Origin: Armatimonadota bacterium
GTDB taxonomy: Bacteria; Armatimonadota; UBA5829
Direction of reading: 5' to 3'
DNA: 64,000 bases
Assembly: GCA_026392045.1 (NCBI GenBank)
Contig: JAPLCU010000018.1
Span: 5,417-69,416 of the forward strand
This document shows, piece by piece, positions 20,360 to 29,751 of this stretch. The stretch's first letter is position 1, and each line of letters opens with the position of its first letter. The notes beneath the pieces were generated by a model that was not told the origin of the DNA, searched no databases, and worked only from the letters and a program-made list of their open reading frames with translations. Made by a program: the position numbers and the translations under genes.

Positions 20360-21214
20360 CTAGTAACTTGCTTTGTATGAACTGCGGACCAGCGGCCCGG
20401 ATTCAACATACCCAAAACCCATATCAATGCATAGCCGTTTTAGCTCAGAAAACTCTTCGGGGGTGTAGTATTTTGCTATTTGAGCGTGGTTTACGGATGG
20501 CGCAAGGTATTGGCCAATGGTCAGAATGTCCACATTTGCCTCGCGAAGGTCTTTCAATGTCTGAATGATTTCATCCCAGGTCTCTCCAAGCCCCACCATT
20601 ATCCCAGACTTGGTGCGTCCTTCGACGGAGCTCAGGATGCTGGGTTTGATGGATTTAGCTTTCGCAAGCAGCTCTATTGAGCGCCAATAGACTGCTTGCG
20701 GGCGCACTTGATCGTAAAGACGGCTTACGGTCTCTATATTATGATTGAGAATTTCCGGGTGGCCGGAGAGCGCCGTTTTCAGAGACAAATCATAACCCTT
20801 GAAATCTGGAATCAGCATTTCCACGCTGCAGCCGGGCAGCGCTTTATGGATAAGCCTGGAAGTCTCGGCGAAGACACCCGCGCCGCCGTCGGAGAGGTCA
20901 TCGCGGGTGACACTCGTGATCACGGCGTGCTTGAGCTGAAGCTCCGATACAGCCTTCGCGACGCGCATCGGCTCATTTTTATCTACCGGCCCGGGCTTGC
21001 CGTGCTTAACCGCACAGAACCCGCAATCGCGCGCGCAAGTATCGCCGAGTATCATAAAAGTGGCCGTGCGCTCGTTCCAGCACTCGCCGATGTTCGGGCA
21101 ATTCGCGCTCTGGCAGACTGTGTTGAGCCGCAAGCTATTCACCAGCGCCTTGATCTCTTCATAATTGACCCCCTGCGGGGCTTTAGCTTTGAGCCATTCG
21201 GGGCGTTTTTGCAT
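20360..21214 (-). CDS. lipA: Lipoyl synthase
   Basis: CQSANCPNIGEC, CARDCGFC, HNIETV, TKSGIMVGLGE, GPLVRSSY. Confidence 0.96.
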   Translation of the reverse strand: MQKRPEWLKAKAPQGVNYEEIKALVNSLRLNTVCQSANCPNIGECWNERTATFMILGDTCARDCGFCAVKHGKPGPVDKNEPMRVAKAVSELQLKHAVITSVTRDDLSDGGAGVFAETSRLIHKALPGCSVEMLIPDFKGYDLSLKTALSGHPEILNHNIETVSRLYDQVRPQAVYWRSIELLAKAKSIKPSILSSVEGRTKSGIMVGLGETWDEIIQTLKDLREANVDILTIGQYLAPSVNHAQIAKYYTPEEFSELKRLCIDMGFGYVESGPLVRSSYKASY

Positions 21215-21293
21215 ATAATTTCTCTGTTCAATAGGATGATTTCTTTGTTCGGGCGGAATCTCTGATCCGCCCGCAAAAGGTGACCGCGACCCT

Positions 21294-22151
21294 TTAAGCT
21301 TTCTTGTGAATGGTAAATAACGGGACTAACTCACTAGCGCGAGCGATGAGCTTGGCGTCTTCGTCGAGTGTTAGGTCAGCGACATGCTCGGCGGCATCGC
21401 ACAAGAGCCACAGAAGCTCTTCATGGCTGGGGCTGATCGCGCAGGTCACTCCCAGCGAAAGTGTGAAGTTTAGTGCGGCGATTGCTTCCTCAAGGGTCTC
21501 CACGGGTTTATACCAGCACTTGGGCCATGTGCGCTCTTCGCCATCTTTCCACGGTCTTAAAGCAAGGGTCTTAAGCGCCAAAATGCCGAGGCCATCGCGC
21601 TTTGCCCGCTCGACGATGCGCTTGCCATAATCTCCGGCATGCCAGCAGGCCCAGTTGAGCGGAGTCATCACCGAGTCAAACGGGAACCGGTCCATCAGCG
21701 CCAGCGCGGCCTCTTCTGTGTGAGCGGAAAAGCCAATGTGCTTGAATATACCAGCCTCACGCGCCGCCAGAAATGTCTCCATGCAGCCGTCGGGCCCGAA
21801 AGCCTGCTCGACCTCTTCTACCGTCTGAACTGCATGGATCTGATAGAGGTCGAAATGGTTGGTATGCGCCAGGCGAAGGGATTCCTCAAGCTCTTCCTGA
21901 GACCCCGCGCGATCTCGGCGAGTGGTCTTGCAAGAAAGAAATATCTGATCGCGATAGGGTTTCAGCGCAGGTCCGAGCATCTTTTGCGCCTCGCCATAGA
22001 TCGGGGCGACATCAAAATAAGTGATCCCACGCTCCACCGCCTGCGCCACGATGCGCGCAGCCTCCGCAGGCTCGGTCTTATCCACCACCAGCCCGCCAAA
22101 GCCCACCACAGAAAGCGAGCGCCCGGTTTTTCCCAATTCACGATAAATCAT
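21294..22151 (-). CDS. Aldo/keto reductase
   Basis: YRELGKTG, GITYFDVAPIYG, DLYQIH, IGFSAH. Confidence 0.9.
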   Translation of the reverse strand: MIYRELGKTGRSLSVVGFGGLVVDKTEPAEAARIVAQAVERGITYFDVAPIYGEAQKMLGPALKPYRDQIFLSCKTTRRDRAGSQEELEESLRLAHTNHFDLYQIHAVQTVEEVEQAFGPDGCMETFLAAREAGIFKHIGFSAHTEEAALALMDRFPFDSVMTPLNWACWHAGDYGKRIVERAKRDGLGILALKTLALRPWKDGEERTWPKCWYKPVETLEEAIAALNFTLSLGVTCAISPSHEELLWLLCDAAEHVADLTLDEDAKLIARASELVPLFTIHKKA

Positions 22152-22461
22152 GGCTTCCTCCCAAGAAAACATAGAGCAAAGGGCGGAAAGCCCAGCAATC
22201 ACTCTATGTTGATGGATTAGTATAACATATCTTGGCGCAGATTCATGCTCTAAATTGTGGAAGTGATCGCTCAGAAATAACCAACGATTGTTCGGGCGGA
22301 TTTTTGGTGTTATTCGGGAAACCCTTTTCCCGAAACCGTATCAGTTTAGTTGTTCAGTTAGCTGTTTCGGGATTTCCGGGTTGGGTTAAACGCTTGAATT
22401 ATAGTTTGATGGGCTTGTGGTCCAACCCTCAAATCCCGAAGGACCAAGTAATTTCCGAGCA

Positions 22462-22659
22462 TCAAGCCTGGGCGTCTATATTGTTTCCAATCCCCATACT
22501 CTGCAGAAGCTGAGTGAGCGCGATGGACTGGGTGTCCATCGTTTTCTGCAGCATTGAAACAGCAACTTCCATACCCACCGATTGCGGCTGCACGGCTTGA
22601 GCAGCGCTTAATGTATACGGTGAGTATATCTGAGAGCTATTCGAGATTCCATTGACCAT
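22462..22659 (-). CDS. YjfB-like (putative motility) small protein
   Basis: VAVSMLQKTMD...LLQSM.GIGNNIDAQA pattern; GAGG RBS. Confidence 0.7.
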   Translation of the reverse strand: MVNGISNSSQIYSPYTLSAAQAVQPQSVGMEVAVSMLQKTMDTQSIALTQLLQSMGIGNNIDAQA

Positions 22660-22748
22660 ATTTTCGCCTCACAAGGGTTATTCATGGGGCTTTTTCCATA
22701 GTTTTCAATGGAAATACTGTAATAATTATCAGGTTTTTGCCTAAGGCG

Positions 22749-22800
22749 TATTATTCATGATGTGTGGTAAGCTTCGGCATCAGGATACCGAAGCAACTAA
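22749..22800 (+). mobile_element. Copy of the 52-bp palindromic mini-element
   Basis: Matches 11955-12006 with 2 substitutions; imperfect flanking repeat GCCT(A/T)AGGCG at 22739 and 22819. Confidence 0.8.
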
Positions 22801-22821
22801 AGACCAAGTGAATAGATCGCC

Positions 22822-24021
22822 TTAGGCGACGAACCCGACGGCGGTGTCGCAGCGTTCCGTTTTCACCAAACTCGCCCGTTTGATGGTGAATTCGCCATAC
22901 TTATCATTGATCGAATCCATTGTATCCAGCAGTTTCCTGTCACGCTCATCCGCAAATAGATTGAGCTGTCTGGAGTCCTTTGCCAGGTTGGACACACAGA
23001 CGCCCAGCAGGCGGATAGCGCGCTTGTCGCCATACTGCTCGCGAAGAATGGACAGGGCCACCTTGTAGATGGCGTAGCCATCGTCTAGTCTCTCGCAGAT
23101 TGTGCGTCGGCGGCTGAAAGTGTGCATGTCCGAATAACGCACCACCAGAGCGACCGTCCTGCCGGACAAGTCCTTTTCACGCAAACGTCTGCCGACCATC
23201 TCCGAGAGCCTCAGCAGATGGCATGAGAGCACATTCCAATCTCGGGTATTCTGCGAAAGCGTATGTGAATGGCCGACAGATTTGACGTCGGCTTTATCGT
23301 GGTAAGGAACCACCGGGGTCTCGTATATGCCATTGCCCATGTCGTGCAGGGCGTCGCCTAAGACTCCGAACTCACGCTTGAGCCTGGCTCTCGATGCCCG
23401 GCCGAGCGTGCCCGCAGTTGCGATCCCCATTTGCCTCAGGCGGGCCGCTGTCTTTTCCCCGATGCCATGAAGCTTTTGCACAGGCATATCTTCGAGGACG
23501 CAGCGCACTTCTTCCGGTCGGATTTCCGTCAAGCCATCCGGTTTTTGCATACCTGCGGCCAGCTTGGCGAGCACTTTGTTCGGCCCGATACCCACCGAGC
23601 ACCTCAGCCCCAATTCCTCAAAGATTCGCCTCTTAACCTCTCTCGCCAAGCTCCACGCGCCGCCAAATCGATCCATCGTGGGCGTGACATCCATGAAGCA
23701 CTCGTCTATGGAGTATATCTCCATGAGGTCTGTATAATCACCACATATCTTGAACACCCTTCGAGAAACATCGACATATTTTCTCATACTGCCATGCACA
23801 ATAATCAGCTCAGGACAGCGAGCAAGCGCCTCCATCATCGGCATTCCAGACTTTACCCCAAACGGCCGCGCTTCATAACTGGCCGCCGAAACCACCGAGC
23901 GCGTGCCCACAGGCCCCCCGACAACCACAGGCTTGCCCTGCAGACAAGGATTGCAGAGCTGCTCAACGCTCGCAAAAAAAGAGTTCATATCGACAAGTAA
24001 GATTTTGCGGTCTTGGTTCAT
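22822..24021 (-). CDS. dinB: DNA polymerase IV (Y family)
   Basis: VDMNSFFASVEQ, AASYEARPFGV, YSIDECFMD, SVGIGPNKVLAKLA. Confidence 0.95.
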   Translation of the reverse strand: MNQDRKILLVDMNSFFASVEQLCNPCLQGKPVVVGGPVGTRSVVSAASYEARPFGVKSGMPMMEALARCPELIIVHGSMRKYVDVSRRVFKICGDYTDLMEIYSIDECFMDVTPTMDRFGGAWSLAREVKRRIFEELGLRCSVGIGPNKVLAKLAAGMQKPDGLTEIRPEEVRCVLEDMPVQKLHGIGEKTAARLRQMGIATAGTLGRASRARLKREFGVLGDALHDMGNGIYETPVVPYHDKADVKSVGHSHTLSQNTRDWNVLSCHLLRLSEMVGRRLREKDLSGRTVALVVRYSDMHTFSRRRTICERLDDGYAIYKVALSILREQYGDKRAIRLLGVCVSNLAKDSRQLNLFADERDRKLLDTMDSINDKYGEFTIKRASLVKTERCDTAVGFVA

Positions 24022-24023
24022 AG

Positions 24024-24275
24024 CTATTGCCCCGCGCATACCTCGCCCAATGTCCACTCCAACGTGGTGGTATTGAACCGCAGCTCATACAAATTGGCCC
24101 CATCGCTGACGGAGTAATGGTGAAGCGTCGCGATGCCCTGGTTTGTACACCAGGAAAAGGTGACGGTTTTGACCCTGTAGCGCCGGTCCCGCCATCGAAA
24201 CCACATTGGAATCACCCTGCGGCCATCGAACGCCGCCCCCACGCGTATACCCTCGTCAATTGAAACAGATTCCAT
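24024..24275 (-). CDS. Small conserved protein co-transcribed with dinB
   Basis: GAGGTG RBS; P.WFRWRDRRYRV...YELRFN...W pattern; ends 2 bp before the dinB start. Confidence 0.75.
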   Translation of the reverse strand: MESVSIDEGIRVGAAFDGRRVIPMWFRWRDRRYRVKTVTFSWCTNQGIATLHHYSVSDGANLYELRFNTTTLEWTLGEVCAGQ

Positions 24276-24314
24276 TACATTGCACCTCAATTATTGTTCA
24301 AATGGGTGTAAGAT

Positions 24315-24344
24315 ATAATAACCGAACATGTGTTCGTGTGTCAA
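24315..24344 (-). promoter_or_regulatory. Promoter with LexA (Cheo-type) SOS box
   Basis: Minus-strand TTGACA-18 bp-TATTAT with CGAACATGTGTTCG (24323-24336) in the spacer, upstream of the dinB operon. Confidence 0.85.
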
Positions 24345-24378
24345 GTAATATTGTTATACCATGTTTTTGGGATTTTTA

Positions 24379-24497
24379 CAGCCTTGATCGCCCTGGAAAT
24401 CTGTTCCAGCCTTGATCGCCCTGGAAATCTGTTCCAGCCTTGATCGCCCTGGAAATCTGTTACAGCCTTGATCGCCCTGGAAATCTGTTCCAGGGCG
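24379..24497 (+). repeat. 4 x 28-bp tandem repeat ending in a complete hairpin
   Basis: CAGCCTTGATCGCCCTGGAAATCTGTTC x4 (one mismatch) then CAGGGCG; single copy at 26683-26717. Confidence 0.95.
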
Positions 24498-24707
24498 CAG
24501 GTATTGCGGAAATCCATTCCGTTAGTATAGGCCTTGGCAGATGAGTTGTCCTGATTTAATCGGGAGAAACGTGCATCCCGAATGGCGCTTCGGGACGATC
24601 ATCATCGATGCGTTCCAGTGCGTACCCGGTTTGCTATTTTCTGTTTACTATTTGCCAACTCTGTGCTATTATTCACAGGGCTTCGGGTGAAAGAACAGGA
24701 GATGGAT

Positions 24708-24935
24708 ATGAGCGAGCCTAATTTCAAATGGGCCAAATCACTGGGTTTGATCACCAGCATTCCTTTGCTGATTCTGATTTCGGTCGGAATCGGCCTGTTC
24801 GCGGGTATATGGCTGGACGGCAAATTTCACTCTAATCCATGGTTTACTATTATTTTGATTATTCTCGGCCTGGCTGCCGGACTATATGAATCAGCGAAAT
24901 TGCTAATAGATGTTACACGTGAAGACAGAGATTGA
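24708..24935 (+). CDS. AtpZ/AtpI family protein
   Basis: IGLFAGIWLDGKFHSNPWFTIILIILG motif, first gene of the atp operon. Confidence 0.85.
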   Translation: MSEPNFKWAKSLGLITSIPLLILISVGIGLFAGIWLDGKFHSNPWFTIILIILGLAAGLYESAKLLIDVTREDRD

Positions 24936-25314
24936 TGATGCATTCATAAAGCGAGTTTACAAGACCAGCGCCTATGTCTGGGGATTTGTTGCGCTGGTAT
25001 TGTTGAGTTTCGGCCAATGGTGGGCGATTGCGGGATGGAGCTGGGGCTCGATATTATCGGCAGGGACGCTGTGGAGCCTTCAATACATCATTCGCAGGGC
25101 GTTTGTACCCGAAAACATAAAGGCGAAAACGCAGCTAGGAAAGTTTTCTATACTAAAGATTGCGGCTGTAATACCAATACTATTGGTAGCTGTCTGGGCC
25201 TGTAAGCATAGCACAGCTTTTATTTTCGCATTTTTTGCTGGGGTATTATTGACTCAGACCGTGATTGTCCTTAAAGTATTAGGGATAGCGATTTGTCAGT
25301 ATTCTAACGATTGA
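24919..25314 (+). CDS. atpI: ATP synthase protein I (start approximate)
   Basis: 4-TM hydrophobic protein directly upstream of atpB. Confidence 0.7.
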   Translation: MKTEIDDAFIKRVYKTSAYVWGFVALVLLSFGQWWAIAGWSWGSILSAGTLWSLQYIIRRAFVPENIKAKTQLGKFSILKIAAVIPILLVAVWACKHSTAFIFAFFAGVLLTQTVIVLKVLGIAICQYSND

Positions 25315-26174
25315 ACGGAGGCAATTTGTTGGGCAGCGCATTTCCGATGGAGTTCCTATCGAATTTGTGGTCATGGATAGCCATGAGTGGGCACGGACTC
25401 ACAGGGCTGTCCCTTGAGGGCGGAGAGAACCCTCTTGAGCACCCGACATGGCTTCATTTTCTGGTTACCACACCGCAACACAAGGGACTACTTCCCGGCT
25501 GGGTTCCGGAAATAGTACCTGTCACCTGGTTTGTCGCCCTCGCTTTGTGCGCTACCGTAATAATCGCAAGTAGAACCCTCAAAGTGCAAAACCCGGGCAA
25601 GTTTCAACTCGCCCTGGAGTTTATAGTTACTTCCCTGGAAAACTTTGTGCGCGGGATAGTTGGCGATGCAGAGGCAAAAATCCTCACTCCGATTATCGGC
25701 ACAACTTTTATATTCATCTTGTCTTTAAGCCTTATAGGTCTTGTGCCGGGGTTCATCAGCCCAACGGCGAATACCAACACAACGGTTGCGCTTGCGCTGA
25801 TGGCATTTCTGTTTGTTCAATACGTGTCGATATCAAGGCAGGGGTTGTTAACCTACCTGAAGCATTTCCTGGGCGAACCATTATGGTTGGCTCCTCTGAT
25901 GCTGCCGCTGCACATCGTGGGTGAGCTTGCGAGGCCGCTTTCACTCTCAATTCGTCTTTTTGGAAACATATTCGGCGAAGAGACGGTTGTGGCGGTATTG
26001 GTTTTGATTGTTACCAAAATCGCTGTTGTAAACGGCCATGTCATACCGATTCCATTCCAATTCCCGATGATGCTCTTTGCCATATTCGGCTCATTGGTGC
26101 AATCATTAGTCTTTTCGATGCTGGTAAGCATATACATAGCAGTGGCCCTTGCCGGTCACGAAGAACACCGTTAG
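25311..26174 (+). CDS. atpB: ATP synthase Fo subunit a
   Basis: PGFISPTANTN, RPLSLSIRLFGNIFG, LVQSLVFSML. Confidence 0.95.
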   Translation: MNGGNLLGSAFPMEFLSNLWSWIAMSGHGLTGLSLEGGENPLEHPTWLHFLVTTPQHKGLLPGWVPEIVPVTWFVALALCATVIIASRTLKVQNPGKFQLALEFIVTSLENFVRGIVGDAEAKILTPIIGTTFIFILSLSLIGLVPGFISPTANTNTTVALALMAFLFVQYVSISRQGLLTYLKHFLGEPLWLAPLMLPLHIVGELARPLSLSIRLFGNIFGEETVVAVLVLIVTKIAVVNGHVIPIPFQFPMMLFAIFGSLVQSLVFSMLVSIYIAVALAGHEEHR

Positions 26175-26258
26175 GAAAGTATCGGTGTTTAGTTGCTTCG
26201 GTATCCTGATGCCGAAGCCTACCGCACATCATGAATAATATGGGTTAGGAAAGTATCG
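26170..26258 (-). mobile_element. 52-bp mini-element (reverse orientation) flanked by a 15-bp direct repeat
   Basis: DR GTTAGGAAAGTATCG at 26170-26184 (includes the atpB stop) and 26244-26258; core is the reverse complement of 11955-12006. Confidence 0.8.
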
Positions 26259-26294
26259 TCTCTCATCGCGAGGGGCAAAGGAGGAACGCGAAAA

Positions 26295-26573
26295 ATGCAT
26301 GCAGAAGTTGTTGCGTTAATTCTCGCAATAGGTTTCGGAGTTCCAATCGCCGTCATCGGCGGCGCTTTGGGACAGGGAAAGGCAGCCTGTTCGGCTCTTG
26401 AAGGCATTGCACGGCAGCCCGAAGCAGCCGGAAAGATCCAGACAGCTATGATCATTGGTCTGGCGCTGATTGAGTCTCTCGTAATCTATGCGCTTTTGAT
26501 CTCTTTGATCCTACTTTTCATGGGCGTCCCGAGCGCAGAAAAGCTGATGGAAGCCGTCAGCAAATTCAAGTAA
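26295..26573 (+). CDS. atpE: ATP synthase Fo subunit c
   Basis: GQG...[11 protein letters not shown]...[10 protein letters not shown]. Confidence 0.97.
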   Translation: MHAEVVALILAIGFGVPIAVIGGALGQGKAACSALEGIARQPEAAGKIQTAMIIGLALIESLVIYALLISLILLFMGVPSAEKLMEAVSKFK

Positions 26574-26583
26574 ATCGCCTACT

Positions 26584-26607
26584 AGACCCCGAAAACCTTC
26601 GGGGTCT
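26584..26607 (+). terminator. Intra-operon stem-loop after atpE
   Basis: AGACCCCGAA-AACC-TTCGGGGTCT perfect 10-bp stem. Confidence 0.55.
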
Positions 26608-26748
26608 TGTGGCAAAAGTTTTTGAGATTGTAAGGCTCATTGAGTGCTGAGAGCTATGAATTACTCATTTCCGGCGCCAAAACAGCCTTGATCGCCCTGG
26701 AAATCTGTTCCAGGGCGAAGGCATGAGCGGTCTCTTAGGAGTTCAACA

Positions 26749-27243
26749 GTGGATATCATACCAAAAGGTCCAGTTCTGATACTGCAGGCGCTCGGATTTT
26801 TGTTAGTGCTTCTGGTTTTCAAGAAATATCTGTTCGGCCCGGTTAGGAGCATACTTGATGCCCGACGAGCAGAGATCGAAAATCAGTATGAGAGTGCAGG
26901 GGCTCAAAAAAAAGCGGCTGAAGAGCTCAAGACCGATTACGAGAAACGCTTGACAGGCATAGAGGAAGAAATGCGCGCCAAGATCACCGAGGCCATAAAA
27001 GATGGCCAGGCTATACGCGAAGAGATAATTTCGGATTCGCGCACCAAGGCCGACCAGATCCTCGAAAAGGCGCAAGCAGAAATCAGCCGCGAAAAAGAAC
27101 TTGCGCTGGCTGAGCTCAAGGGAAAGGTCGCTGACCTGACCGTGGCTGCGGCTGGCAAGCTTATCGATGCTAACTTGGATGACAAGAAACACCGCGACCT
27201 TGTGAACAAATTTATAATTGATCTCGATGAGGTAGCCAGATGA
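26749..27243 (+). CDS. atpF: ATP synthase Fo subunit b
   Basis: N-terminal TM, FGPVRSILDARR, coiled coil, AAGKLI. Confidence 0.93.
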   Translation: MDIIPKGPVLILQALGFLLVLLVFKKYLFGPVRSILDARRAEIENQYESAGAQKKAAEELKTDYEKRLTGIEEEMRAKITEAIKDGQAIREEIISDSRTKADQILEKAQAEISREKELALAELKGKVADLTVAAAGKLIDANLDDKKHRDLVNKFIIDLDEVAR

Positions 27244-27776
27244 TAGGGCGCCGCGTGGTTAGAAGATATGCGAGCGCACTGTTTGGCGCAGCGTCTAAGG
27301 CCGGGGTAGTGGACCTGGTCGAGAGCGACCTCGGGCTGATTTCTTACACGGTCGAAGCTTCACCGCGCCTGATGCAAGCTATCGCATCGCCGCTGGTTCC
27401 CACAAAGGCAAAGCGCGAAGTGCTGCAAACAATTTTTAGCGGCAAGATTCAGGAAATCACGCTCAATTACCTCTTCCTGCTGGTGGACAAGCGCAGGGAA
27501 GAGGCTGTTTTGAAGACCGAAGAGGAGTTTGTTATCCTCGCCAATGAAGCTCGCGGGATAGTGAACGCTGAAGTTATTACGGCTATCGAGATGACCAAAG
27601 AGCAGCAAGCAGCGCTCGCGGCGAAGCTCTCTAAGCTAACCGGCAAGAGCGTAAATTTGCAAGTAACGGTCGATTCCTGGATCAAAGGCGGCGTGATCGT
27701 GCGGATAGGTGACACTGTCATCGACGGCAGCATCAGAGGTCAGCTCGCCGCTCTTAAAGAAACGCTATTGAGTTAA
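27240..27776 (+). CDS. atpH: ATP synthase F1 subunit delta
   Basis: RRYASALF, GGVIVRIGDTVIDGSIRGQL. Confidence 0.95.
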   Translation: MIGRRVVRRYASALFGAASKAGVVDLVESDLGLISYTVEASPRLMQAIASPLVPTKAKREVLQTIFSGKIQEITLNYLFLLVDKRREEAVLKTEEEFVILANEARGIVNAEVITAIEMTKEQQAALAAKLSKLTGKSVNLQVTVDSWIKGGVIVRIGDTVIDGSIRGQLAALKETLLS

Positions 27777-27817
27777 AGTGGCATACTTTTTGACTTCTCT
27801 TAGAACGGAGTAATACT

Positions 27818-29332
27818 ATGGCAGTCAATATAAGGCCGGATGAGGTTGCGAAGATTCTTGAGACCCATCTCGCGTCGTATCAAAAAGAGATAACCGAGGT
27901 CGGCGTTGGCACTGTTTTGCAGGTCGGCGACGGTATTGCGCGTATCTATGGGCTTCAGGACGCGATGGCGAGTGAGTTGGTGGAGTTCCCCAACGGCATT
28001 TTGGGCATGATTCTTAACCTGGAAGAGGACAACGTGGGATGCATCATCATGGGTCCCGACACGGAAATCAAAGAAGGCGACCAGGTCAAGCGAACCGGGC
28101 GCATTATTGATGTGCCGGTGGGCGAAGCGCTGCTGGGCAGAGTCGTGAACGCTATCGGCGATCCGATCGACGGCAAGGGAGCCATTTTGGCAACCGAGCG
28201 CAGGTTTGTTGAAAGCCGTGCGCCGGGTGTTGTCGAAAGACAGCCGGTTAAGGAATCGCTTGCGACGGGAATCAAGGGTATCGACTCTATGATCCCGATC
28301 GGAAGAGGTCAGAGAGAGCTTATCATAGGCGACCGTCAAACCGGTAAGACAGCCATTGCGATAGACACAATTTTGAATCAGAAGGGCGATGATGTCTACT
28401 GCTTCTATGTTGCAATCGGTCAGAAGATGTCTACTGTGTCCAGTATAGTAAATATTTTCGAGAAGTATGGTGCGATGGAGTATACCACAGTGGTTGTTGC
28501 CTCTGCCAGCGACCCCGCGCCGCTGCAATATATAGCGCCTTACTCGGGCTGCGCTATGGGCGAATATTTTAGAGATACCAAGCGCCATGCGTTGGTGATT
28601 TATGATGATCTCTCAAAGCATGCGATTGCCTACAGGCAGGTTTCGCTGCTCTTGAGAAGACCGCCGGGCCGCGAGGCATATCCTGGAGACATTTTCTACC
28701 TCCATGCACGATTGCTGGAGAGAGCCGCCAAGGTGAGCGACGATCTGGGAGGCGGGTCGCTGACGGCGCTTCCGATCATTGAGACCCAGGCGGGTGACGT
28801 TTCGGCGTATATCCCGACCAACGTCATCTCGATTACAGACGGCCAGATTTACCTTGAGCCGGATTTGTTCTACTCGGGCATTCGACCGGCGGTCAACGTT
28901 GGCGTGTCTGTTTCGAGAGTGGGTTCGAGCGCTCAGAAGAAGGCTATGAAAACCATCGCCAGCCAGCTCAAGCTGGACCTTGCGAGGTATTGGGAACTGC
29001 AGGCATTCGCGCAGTTTGCAAGTGACCTCGACAAGGCAACCCTTGCGCAGCTTGCGCGCGGTGAGAGAATCGTTGAGACCCTCAAGCAGCCGCAGTATAA
29101 GCCGATGAACCTGGCTGCGGAAGTTTTTATCATCTTCGCCGCAACCAACGGCTATCTGGATGATCTTCCGGTTTCAAGCGCGGGCAAATTCGAGAAAGAA
29201 TTCGACGCATTTATGGCTGATAAGTACCCAGACGTGGGTCACACTATCCTAAAGACCGGCGTGCTGGATGATGCGACACTCGAAACCCTTAAGAAGGCTA
29301 TTGAGGAGTTTAAGAAGCAGTTTACTGCGTAG
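27818..29332 (+). CDS. atpA: ATP synthase F1 subunit alpha
   Basis: [27 protein letters not shown]. Confidence 0.98.
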   Translation: MAVNIRPDEVAKILETHLASYQKEITEVGVGTVLQVGDGIARIYGLQDAMASELVEFPNGILGMILNLEEDNVGCIIMGPDTEIKEGDQVKRTGRIIDVPVGEALLGRVVNAIGDPIDGKGAILATERRFVESRAPGVVERQPVKESLATGIKGIDSMIPIGRGQRELIIGDRQTGKTAIAIDTILNQKGDDVYCFYVAIGQKMSTVSSIVNIFEKYGAMEYTTVVVASASDPAPLQYIAPYSGCAMGEYFRDTKRHALVIYDDLSKHAIAYRQVSLLLRRPPGREAYPGDIFYLHARLLERAAKVSDDLGGGSLTALPIIETQAGDVSAYIPTNVISITDGQIYLEPDLFYSGIRPAVNVGVSVSRVGSSAQKKAMKTIASQLKLDLARYWELQAFAQFASDLDKATLAQLARGERIVETLKQPQYKPMNLAAEVFIIFAATNGYLDDLPVSSAGKFEKEFDAFMADKYPDVGHTILKTGVLDDATLETLKKAIEEFKKQFTA

Positions 29333-29361
29333 TGGAGAGTGGAAAGTGGAGAGTGGAGAGT
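29331..29361 (+). repeat. Heptamer tandem tract (AGTGGAR)n
   Basis: AGTGGAG AGTGGAA AGTGGAG AGTGGAG AGT starting within the atpA stop codon. Confidence 0.9.
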
Positions 29362-29391
29362 CCGGAAGGGGCAGCGTTCCAATCAAAACTC

Positions 29392-29748
29392 ATGTCTAAG
29401 GAACACAACTTGGATGGATCGAAGTTACAGCTTGATGATGTTGTTGCTCAGTTCCTCAAAGAGAAACTAGACTTGATTAAGAAAGAATATGCGCCTACGC
29501 ACTTAATAGTGTTTGGCTCGCGAGCAGAAGGCAGAGCACGTGTTGAGAGCGATATTGATATCATAGTGGTTTCGGAACGGTTCAAGGAATTACGTTTCGT
29601 AAATCGTATGGGGCAGTTTCTGACTAAAGTGCGCCCACATGTTCATGTGGACGCTCTCTGTTATACACCTGAAGAGTTTGAAATAATGCTGCATAAGCAG
29701 TCGCCATTTGTGCGAGATGCTGTGGCGCGTGGCATTCACATTGAGTAG
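29392..29748 (+). CDS. Minimal nucleotidyltransferase (MNT) domain protein
   Basis: VFGSRAEG...SDIDIIVVS, DALCYTPEEF; interrupts atpA-atpG. Confidence 0.88.
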   Translation: MSKEHNLDGSKLQLDDVVAQFLKEKLDLIKKEYAPTHLIVFGSRAEGRARVESDIDIIVVSERFKELRFVNRMGQFLTKVRPHVHVDALCYTPEEFEIMLHKQSPFVRDAVARGIHIE

Positions 29749-29751
29749 ATT

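Noticed and set aside
24379-24497. CRISPR array (28-bp palindromic repeat)
   Set aside because: The repeats are directly adjacent with no spacers, and no cas genes are present in the window
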